In this document: positions 53,666 to 64,000 of the stretch, in pieces
Numbering within the stretch: position 1 is the first letter of the stretch
Layout: each line of letters starts with the position of its first letter
From: Tubulanus polymorphus
Taxonomy: Eukaryota > Animalia > Nemertea
DNA length: 64,000 nt
NCBI RefSeq assembly: GCF_964204645.1
Contig: NC_134034.1
Location: 6,918,914 to 6,982,913 of the forward strand
Reading direction: 5' to 3'
Notes under the pieces: generated by a model
The model's database searches: none
Seen by the model: the letters and a program-made list of their open reading frames with translations, nothing else
Told to the model about the DNA's origin: nothing
Made by a program: the position numbers and the translations under genes

Positions 53666-54774
53666 AACCGACGGAGGGCGGCGACACTAGACTCGTAAAT
53701 GGCTCAGTGAACACAGTCGATTTGTCATTCAATTTGATTTCTCGACATCTTTCGTTGCATGGCGCTTCCCAGACAAAACCGAAACCTATCGATATAATGC
53801 CATTCTCAGGCGAATGTCTGGATCCCCCTGGCGAAGATGGTAGGGCCATCCTACATCAGAGTAAATTAGTGGATCAGGCCTCGAAGCATTATCAACATCA
53901 ACATTATTGGGCTCTGCGCAGGCCTTATCTACAGGCGGTATTTTCAACCCCTACTAGAGGAGGTTATAAGGAAGGCAAATTGTTTTCTGTCAACAACTCA
54001 AGAATTTCAGGTTATTGTAAGTCTTATTACGACTGGGGGCAGTTAAACGCATGCTTACTTGAAATCTGATACTGACGGGATGAAGTTTTTACATATTACT
54101 GGTCAGTCCGCCTCTCTTTCAAAACAGAACATGACTTCAATCGAAGACCTCATGAAGGCGGCTACACAGATTATTTTGTTCAACGACTGAGAACTTTGTG
54201 CGAACTGTTCAGTTCTGATTCTGAAAGGGACAAAATGGCCGATCATTTTACAGTGGTAGATTGGATGGTACAGTCTTTGAGCTGGGAAGTTCCACATGCA
54301 ACTGCAATGGGGATGAAACTTCAGGCTAATTTTACAATCCAAGGTCGCTATCGATGTCTTATGAGCAAAGCTGCACCATTTCCCCATTTCCAGAATCAAA
54401 TTGTTGTAAATTATTTTCATAATGTCGATCTCAGTGTCGACATCACAATTGATTAAAAACAAAAAACAAAATATTTACAAGAATGAAGCTCTTTCAAGTC
54501 GGTCGGCCACATATATATTTTTGAAAAAAAATGTCATCCCAAATTATGAAATAGGGTCATTAAACAGTTTTATTTCATTTCGAAAAGAAATATTTGAAAT
54601 CACATAAAATTGGGTCGGTCGGGCCTGAGTTACCAGGTTTTCTCTTGGCGTGGCCTAAGTTTCTAATATTTACATCCCTTGGCAACGATAGTTTTTGTCA
54701 AGTAGACCTAGTTCCTGCTTTACTTTTCAGATGACTCTTTATCCAATAGAGTGAGAAGGTGGATGGGGCCAATT

Positions 54775-55150
54775 ATATTATCCCTGCAACAAAGTGTAGG
54801 GGGTTATACCGAGTCAGGTCGTCTGGCGCATTCCGTGGACACAATCTTGTCCGGATATCTCCTTCTAAACTACTAGCTCTCTCTTCTTGTAACTTTACAC
54901 ATATGTTTGTCTGGATATGTTGTTGTGCATGTGCGTTTTTTATTTTGTAACTGGATCCAAGATGGCTGAATGGTGGCCATATTTCTTTTCTTTGACACTT
55001 ATACATGAAGATACAATGATGTCAGATAAATTTCTAAATGTAGCAGATTTTATGATAGAAATGTGTTACAGATATGTAGATGGTGGAATGCTTAGACCCT
55101 GTGCAAAATTTCCAGGTCGCATGATATAGCATGTGGCCACCAGGTGGTGC
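54775..55150 (+). mobile_element. Pearl/HINE-like element, 5' fragment
   Basis: ttatatccctgcaacaaagtgtagggggttata head stem, followed by caagatggc and gccaccagg motifs also found in the other HINE arrays here. Confidence 0.5.
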
Positions 55151-55649
55151 TCAATACATGAAAAAGTGACTTAATCTAATGTTATTAATGTCTTGTATCT
55201 TTTACTACAAATTTCGAATTTCGCATCTTTAAAATTTCATTCTTTCTATCTGAAATATAATTAAGATTATCTATTACTTCAATATATTTAATTTTAAAAT
55301 CATCATAAAAATGAAACAATTGTTTTAAACTATGAACTGAAAGTGAAACTAATCCTGAAATCATAATGAATAATTTCATTTTCTTTTCTTGACTTCTGAT
55401 TTAATAAATATAGTACATTTTGACTCATTTAATTAGAAAAAAATTTAATTGATTGATTCATTATTCAATCTGATTCAATAAGTTTCTTGTGATTGTTACC
55501 GTTTTTATGATTATCTCCATTTCTAATATTAAATTTTTTCAATTTCCTTCTTATTTGAAAATTTTTAATATATATTCATATTAGATGATAATGCAGCTAA
55601 TACTAAACCTCCTGCAATTAAATAATGTTTCAAAGCACTACTTCCGGTT

Positions 55650-56830
55650 GAAATGAAATCAATCGTTTATCAAAGAAAAAATAATTGATTTTTTTTCAGT
55701 CATTTTAAAAATATTAAACTTTAAGATATTCAAATCATTTAAATAAATTCAATAATTATTTGATTAAAATCAATTATCGTTTTATTCATTTTAGACAATT
55801 TTAAATTTGAAAAATATTAAAAAACATTTAATTTAACCATTATTTATTCAATTATTTAAGAAATATTTAACTTCTAGATATTCAAATCATTTAACTAAAT
55901 TCAATAATTTTTTGATTTTGATAATTTATTTTTTCAATCATTTTAACCAATTTTGAATTTAAAAAATTTCTTGAGACATTTAATTTAACAATTATTTAAA
56001 AAATATAACTAAGATAATCAAATCATCTTACTAAATTCAATTATTATTTGATTCAAATCAATCATCGTTTCAATTATTTTAACCAATTTTAGATGAAAAG
56101 AAAAATTTAAAACATTTAATTTAACAATTATTTGTTCAATTATTTCAAAAATATTAAACTTTTACATATTCAAATAATCTAACTTAATTTAATAATTATC
56201 TGATTTGAGTAAATTATCGTTTCAATTATTTTTACCAATTTTGAATTTAAGAAATATTTAAAACATCTAATTTAACAATTATCTATTCAATTATCTTAAA
56301 AATATTAAATCTTAAAGATATCATTTCATTTAACTAGATTCAATAATTATTTGATTTAAATCAATTATCGTTTTAATTATTTTAACCAATTTTAAATTAG
56401 AAAAATATTTAAAACATTAAATTCACCAATTGTTTATTCAATTATGATAAAAATATTGAATTTTTAGATTGTAAAATCATTTCACTAAATTCAATAAGTA
56501 TTTGATTTTATTCGATTACCATTTCAATTATTTTAACCAATTTCAAATTAATGAATTATTTAGAACATTTAATCTAACAGTTATTTATTTACTATTTAAA
56601 ATATATTTAACTTTTTGATATTCAAATAATCTTTCTTAATTTAATAATTATCTGATTCAAATAAATTATCCTTTCAATTATTTTAACCAATTTTAAAATT
56701 AAAAAATATTTACAACATTTAGTTTGACAATTATTTATTAAATTATTTTAAAAATATTAAATCTTTAGATATTCAAATCATTGAAATATATTATATAATT
56801 ATTTGATCTAAAATTAAATCTTTAATGTTA
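55650..56830. repeat. Extremely AT-rich satellite array, ~151-bp period, about 8 units
   Basis: gatattcaaat variants at ~55726, 55877, 56013, 56165, 56317, 56466, 56617 and 56768. Confidence 0.85.
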
Positions 56831-57378
56831 TTAACCATATGAAATTTTTTAGCTTTTAATTCATTAACCCTTTCGCTGCTGAGGCCTATTTTTGCCCTGT
56901 GCTGAGCCTTTTTGTCAAAATTTGAATTTTCCTTAAATTACTGCAATTGATCTATTTTTTCACATATAAAAAGCATAAAACTAATTGTGAATATATTATT
57001 TCATGAATTTTATATTAGGCATCCCATTGTGGCCATTTTAATACATATGGCTGACCATACTAAAACCAACATTTAAAAAACAAAATCACAAAATCAAAAA
57101 TAAATACCAATAAAATGATTATGGGGAGATGGCAGCACTGTATGGTAACGGGGGTGATATTATGGAACGAACACCAGAATAAAAAAAATTCAAATTTTTG
57201 GGTATTATTTCGATTTTCCCACTGGTACCCAGGAGCAATCCACAAGATTTTGACAATTTGCAAAACAATTTTTGATTTTTTTTTTGGATAGTGCTGACAA
57301 TTCAAAACAAAACGAGCGGCGTTGTGCTGCAGTCAATTTGAAAAGAAAATGATATTTATTTACTAATGTAAATTTACA

Positions 57379-57636
57379 ATGTTAACAGAATTAACAATTT
57401 ATAAGAAATATTTAATTACAAGTATTGAAAAAATTGCTAATAGATATGAAGATAGATTAGGAATTCATTTAGAATATGAAGGAATAAAAGGAAATAAATA
57501 TAAATTCAGAACGTATTTACCAGATAGATTTCATAGATTATCTAGTGAAGATATTGAAGAATTATGTTCTGGTGATCTCTATTTCATATATAAAGGTAAG
57601 AATGACTAAGGACACCGTGATATAGATTTCGAATAA
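57379..57636 (+). pseudogene. Small AT-rich ORF homologous to 19924..20175, with one internal stop
   Basis: YKKYLITSIEKIANRY...FRTYLPDRF...FIYKGKND*GHRDIDFE. Confidence 0.5.
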
Positions 57637-59082
57637 AATAATATCAATTTTTAGGCCAGCCGTAGGCTGAGCCTATTACTATACAAATGGAGCGAATTTA
57701 AATGACATGGTTTCCACACAAAAGGCTCTTTTGCTTGCCAAGTGAGGGCATGTTCGAACAAATCACGTATTTAAGCGTAATCCATTCTCGGAATCGTAGC
57801 GAGCAGAATTTTGAAATAGGGTCTCATAAAAATGTTTTCTGCATTTTTCACGAAAGTTAAATCGGGAAAATTTCAATTTTTATCAGCCAATCAGGAAGTT
57901 GTGTCTTCCCTGTGATTGGTTTATCTGAAAATATCAGCAGCTGTTCACGTGAATTATCGCGATTTCATTACTGACGCTTTTGCGCATGACGTCATGTATC
58001 AACACGCGACAATACTTCCGCGTTCGCTACGTGTTCGCTGATTGGCCCATTTACTGGGAAATTCCACAGAAGCCTAATGTGGTTTGTTACAAGCGCTGTG
58101 ATTGGCCCGACCCGATTCTGGCATGGCTGTAGCTTAGTGGGTTCGAATCCCTTGACGGGTGAAGATGATGGATCCTATCAATATCTATTGAAACAAATAA
58201 GTTTCACGGTTGGGCAGCCGCGGATATCTACCGGAAGTGTTCCGGTTCGATATTTCGAGGTTTCTTTGAATTTTGGAGTGATATTGAAATCCGGTAAATA
58301 CGGCAGCGGTAGATTGTGAAAACCCATTGCATGATATTTGTATTACTTAATCAACGAAAAGCGTCGGGGCCGCGCCAGGAGTTTTCGTGATTCAAGTAGC
58401 GCAATAGCCTACTTCTTCGTGTTTTTCCACCTCAATTTTCACTCCGCCGATCTCTGACACGGCTCTGTCCCCGTCGGCGCTGTGATTGCACTTTCGTACC
58501 AACAAAATTTTTTATTTCTATATCAGGGAGGTCTGGAGAATAAAAAAGTCAAAATTTGAATATCACATAGGCCTGATTTCATCGAATAAGTCGACCATGG
58601 TCGTTACGTTTCCGTACTTATTACCACCTAAAACCGTCTGAACAATTTTGTCACAACCAACATTTCGTTTACAGAAATCAGGTGTTCACGTGAATCCGCG
58701 GTATCGTCTACTGTACTGTTTTACTTCCGGGTTTTATTTTAAGATTTAAAATTGTATTTCAAGATCGATTTCTATGAAGTCTTTAGTTGATTTGGTGTTT
58801 GGGAGGAATTTTTATTTGCTCTACAGAAAATTCATCCTTGACAATTGCGCAAGGTTCGCGAAAAAAAGGATTTACCAAATCGGGTGTATGACCTTGATAT
58901 GCTAATTAGCCATGTGCCCGAATTGCAAATTCAATCAAATTTTATTCTGCCAAAAAATGTTAAATACAATTCGCTTTCCGAGAGTTAATGGTATGCTGCA
59001 TGGAACAAAGTTGTTTTGAGATGGGTCTTGAAGCTATTGAGGTCGAGAGATAACCATCTAGATAGTTCGTGAGAGTTCCAAA

Positions 59083-59750
59083 GTTTTGAAGACGCTTCAA
59101 GGTAATGTCTTGATATTTGTTTTATACGTGTATCTACCCTAGACACATCTTCAGGCCAAAAACTGGCCCTGTCAGATTCAAGATGGCCGACTGGCAGCCA
59201 TTGTTGTTCGCCAAAATCAGCACTTTTTACACATTTTTGAAGTTTTCGAGGGAAATTTTGAAGACACTTCTATCAATAACCTTGATCATTCGTATATATT
59301 TGTATCCCCCGAGGGCCCATCGGCATGAGAAAAATTGAGTCGATCGGACTCAAGATTGCCGTACTGTGACCTTTTTTGTTCCCAAAAATGTCAATTTTGG
59401 CCTGAATTCTGAGTACTGTAGCTTTCTAATGGTGCGCCATGTTTCATTGCAATTTGTAATGGGTATTCTTTGGAAAGGGATCTTTTATATCGGAGAAGGT
59501 ATTTTTGACCAGGCAATTATGACGCACTTGGCAGCCATCTTGGGGTCATCAGTACGCATTCGTAGGTGGATAAAAAGTTTTTCCACATCATAATTGATAC
59601 TTAAGCATATTTTGCTACTATAATCAATTGGAAAGTTGTAGCTCATGACATGTTCTATGATCGAGGTGAGTTTCAAGCTCATTGGTTTTTTTTATGGCCA
59701 CCAGGGGGCGTTGAACAATACAATAACTTAGTATTTCTATATTACATTCG
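59083..59750 (+). mobile_element. HINE-like family (15745-type) fragment; a matching 3' part lies at 60890-61526
   Basis: High similarity to 28768-29440. The 60890-61526 piece ends in ccaagtgggcatggtgtccctggacccctagtt. Confidence 0.75.
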
Positions 59751-62700
59751 TTCCTGCTGTCTGTGTTAACACACGATTTTACTATGTAAATGATATTGAG
59801 CAGGGAGTGTATATTGATAAATATAACCCACAGATTACATCATTTATAAAAAGCAAATCTGACAGGCTGGCCATTGTGCCCCTTGGGGCTCTTGTTAATG
59901 ATAGAAGTGTGAGTAAAGTGTTAGTAAAATAATTTAGATTATGATAAAGAGAAATAATTATGTATATTATTAATAAAATGTGAGTAAAGTGTTAGCAAAA
60001 TAATTTAGATTTACAACATTAAATATAATAAAATATTTATATATTTTGATTATAAAATTGTGGGTAAAGTGTGCAAAATAATTTAGATTTATAACATTAA
60101 ATGTTCATATCGATATATGTTAGATATTTTAATTTAGATTAGAAAATTTTTAAGAAAATTTTTTTTTCTTTTAACTTTTGATATAAAAATGAAAAAAAGA
60201 GCTTTTTAGTACGGATTAAGTGATTTACGGATAACAAATAATTCGTAATTTATATTGCACAATCCCTGTAATAGCTGGTTTAGTTATCTCTCAAACCGAG
60301 AATGACTGCAACAGTAGAATCACATTCTAACTATCCATGGGGGGAATTAAAAGTTCATAGTATTCGATGGTTCATTAGATCCATTTAATATATCATTTAT
60401 ACATGAAAAGAAAACACCCCCTGGTGTGATGAAACACAAACCAACTGGTTATAGTAAGGTAGGACTCAGTATTTGAGGCCATCGTGTGTCTAGAACAGAT
60501 AACTCACAGGCCATGTACTTGACTTTTGCTGATTGACAGATAATTGCATTTGTACTGAATATTTAGTGAAGCTTGAGACTATGACATTGATGGATTAACT
60601 TAATTGTTTTCTGGAGTTTCTCATATTTCCTACTGACCACATAAACCTCATTAGATTTACAGATTTCTATACTTTTTTTCACTTCAAGTGTATGTTCCCG
60701 TCAGCTGATACCGCTGATAGGGATTACGCGGGTTTGTTTAAGGAATAAGTGAAAATACGGATTATGGAGTACGAATTAGACACAAAATTTTAAAGAGAAT
60801 AACATAACTGAAAAACAGGAAAAAAATTTATTTATACGGAATAAGCACTTATACGGTTTAACGGAGACGGATTAACCAAGGTTGACTGTATATTGGTAAC
60901 TAGGCATAGTTTGTTACCGCAATCAATTAAAAAATCCTAGCTGCTGACATTTTCTATGATTGTGGTGAGTTTCAAGGTCATTGGTTTTTTTACATGGCCA
61001 CCATGGGGCGTTAAACAATTCCATAACTTAGTATGTCCATATTATATTTGTACCTAGGCATATTTTGCTACCACTATCAATTGGAAAGTTCAGGCTCATG
61101 ACATGGTCTATAATTGTGGCGAGACTCAAGGTCATTGGTTTTTATATATGGCTACCAGGGGGCGTTGAACAATACAATAACATAAGTAGTCCCTTATCAT
61201 ATTGGCACCTAGGCATATTTTGTTACCCTGGTCAATTGAAAAGTTGTAGCTCATGACATGTACTACGATTATGGTTAGTTTCTAAGTAATTGGGCTTTGC
61301 ATATGGTCACCAGGGGGCGTTGTATAGTAGAATAACTTTTTATATTACAGTGATAACCGGCATATTTTGTTACCACGATCAATTTTAAAATTGTAGCCGC
61401 TGACATGTTCAATGATTTTGGTGAGTTTCAAGGTCATTGGATGGGGGCGTTGAATATTGAAATTGTTAGATGGTTGAGCCTTTGAAAACACTTCCAAGTG
61501 GGCATGGTGTCCCTGGACCCCTAGTTAAATTCTTAAGTTTATCTTATCATTATTACCTTTTGAAAGTATTAAATCACTATCTCTTTCATTAATAGGAATC
61601 TCAATAATATTTACTATTCTTTCATCTAAATTTCTTTTATAATTTAAAACTATTAAATATTTTAAGATTTTTGACACCATTATCGAAAGTATCTATTAGT
61701 TCAGTAATTTAATGTTTCATTTAAATATATTTGATTAATTACAGTAATATTATCAATTTTATATTGTCTTCCATACACTAAATTTGTTGCTGAGATATAA
61801 TTTTTAACATTAGATAGTGAAAATAAGTTATTAGTTTCTTTTATTTCAATTTTATATGCGGATTCTTCTTCTTTCAAAACTTTTATAAAAATGAATTTTC
61901 TAGATTATTTATATTTAAAAATCTAACTTATATCGATATGAAAATTTGATGTTATAGATCTAAATTATTTTGCTAACACTCTACTCACACTTTTATAATT
62001 AATATATATAATTATTTCATTACATTTAATGTTATGAATCTACATTACTTTACTAACACTTTACTCACACTTTTATAACTAATATATATAATCATTTTTG
62101 GTGAACCATAGGTTTGCCTATGCAAACGGTCTGATGAAGCAGTTTTCATTGAAAATGAATAGAGTACCGGTGTGTCAACAAGGCACAAACATTGGCTGTT
62201 GAACCAATTGTGTTGATTTTTGGTTTCATGCTTTGGCTTAATGAGTTCTCGAGCCCACAAAAATTTCATAGTGATCGAGTTATTTTTAGGAGACTTATTC
62301 TTGAAAAACACGCAAAAACCCTGCTTTTTGATGGGTTTCGTCGTCAGACGAACCCATCTATGGCATCGTCGTCATGTCTGTCTGTCTGTCTGTCCGTCTG
62401 TGGATGTTTCTTTATGACACGATTTAAGCTGTTTGTGTGGACCGACAATTCTGTAATTTCACACAGGTATTCTCTACTTGATGTAGATGGTGCAGCGTGG
62501 TTTATATTTGATTCCGATGGTTATAAGTGCTCTAATTTGGTTAAAAGATAATTAACGTTACTCGCTAGTTCAAGCCGCTGTATAGCGCGTTGCTACGACG
62601 ACGCTCTATCAACATACTGGTACTCGCTGTGTAATACTGAACACGTATATACCTTTAGATATTGATCGTACTAGCACCAGTTTTAGATAGCGCGCGCGCT

Positions 62701-63424
62701 GATCGGTCTTAACACTTCTCGGAACTGCTGTGCTAAATTCTGAGAGGCCGAATCTATGCGCAATCATTTATTGGGCTCGTCACATTTGATAGTGAATGGA
62801 TAAATAACCGGTGTCAATGATGGTCGCTACTCCCCATCAGTATAACTCATCAGTATAAGATATAATTCTTTCGAGTTTTTTTTTTCAATCCCCGAAGTTG
62901 TTGACCTCGCCGTTTTATAAGCTTACCGATGATTCTTCTAGTATTTTCAAAGTCACAAGACATGACGAAGTCGCAAAGTTTTGTACAAATTTCACGAAAC
63001 AAACAATTTTTTAGGCGGCACCTGATCTATTGATTAATTACGATAAATAATGTTTATTTCATTAAAAACTAGTTTTATTCAAACACTACTTTCATCGCAC
63101 ATAGCGTGATCGGTAGGCCCTACTATTCTACGGTGGGCCATGGACTCTTTCATGTGGTAGGCCTATTACAAATGATACAATCCGCGTGTCCGTGAATAAG
63201 TGACACGTGGTGGGGCGGGTTGTGAGGAGCATCGAAACTAATCCATCACAAATAATAGATAGAAAACAATACCTTAAGAGGTTAACTTTAATTAACATCA
63301 TTACCAAATCAAAACCTGCACATCCTATCATAAATAGAAATTCTAAGAATTTATTTCAAAGAATAATAAATTACGTCTAAATATTGGGATTCGAACTCGT
63401 AGCATCGATTCAGGTGCCTTTCCC

Positions 63425-64000
63425 AAAGCGTTGGTTGTTTTTTGTTTTAATTGCTGCGATAATACCAGGAGTTATCCATGGTTTATGGAATGAGGGATTA
63501 GTATGATTAACTGGTACCAGAGGGAAAACTTGATTGAAAACTAAAGAAACTTTTTCAATGAAAGTAGTGTAAGCAACTGAGGGATTATCAGATGAATACA
63601 CTTCACTCCAGTTAATATTCATTAGTAATCTGTTGAAATTAGAAATATTGCGCTGCGAGAAAATTCTAGTTTTAAAAGGTTGTCTGTCAGATAGAGGCTG
63701 ATCACCACTGCAGATAGTAAATATTGGGTAATGATCCGGAAGGTCGGTCATAAAAATCCCAGATTTGTGAACATGTCGCAAATCGTTACAAAAAATATTG
63801 TCAATTAAGGATGTCGAGTCACAAGTTACTCGAGTTGGCTTGTCAATCAAAGGTGAAAAAGAATGAGAAAATAAAGATTCGAGAAATATTTCAGTATGTT
63901 TGTGCGTATCATATTTCATGAGATCTATATTAAAGTCCCCCACAAGGTAGCAAAGTTTGTTCTCGCGAATAATTTCTGCCGTTAAAACTTCAAATTCATC
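63425..64000 (-). mobile_element. CR1/L2-type LINE ORF2 fragment (APE endonuclease C-terminus and linker), 3'-truncated
   Basis: GDFNIDL, LIDKPTRVT...SLIDNIF, DLPDHYPIF and KPWITPGI in ORF 63410..63943; continues past the window edge. Confidence 0.9.

Noticed and set aside
56864-56890. TTAA-CCCTTT piggyBac-like end
   Set aside because: No matching inverted end or transposase was found.
58126-58152. tRNA gene (A-box and B-box-like motifs)
   Set aside because: The boxes are directly adjacent with no cloverleaf; at most a collapsed SINE head.
53157-64000. Final CCDC148 exons (KPLF.../DPRLR-type motifs)
   Set aside because: Not found by eye; they probably lie beyond the window.

Overview
AT-rich, repeat-dense animal (probably invertebrate) genomic DNA. 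The window lies inside one + strand host gene. Five internal coding exons of a CCDC148-like coiled-coil gene (2491-2638, 18403-18609, 30469-30609, 52152-52270, 52988-53156) splice in frame across introns of about 15.8, 11.9, 21.5 and 0.7 kb; the first and last exons were not found in the window. The introns are filled with transposable elements: an L1/Tx1-type LINE remnant, a near-intact DD41D (rosa/Visitor) Tc1/mariner, a decayed AcademX-like transposase, a decayed BEL/Pao gag-pol, CR1/L2 fragments, many Helentron-associated (HINE/DINE-1/pearl-like) non-autonomous elements, a tRNA-derived SINE, foldbacks and satellites. The standout is a 7.6-kb DNA transposon (38161-45804) with a 7-bp TSD and GCGC-rich subterminal repeats. 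It carries a spliced, decayed KDZ-type (HMGXB3-related) transposase and, convergently, an intact 4-exon gene for a 333-aa protein with an NRF1/EWG-like DNA-binding domain. All family assignments come from motif recognition by eye; no database searches were run.
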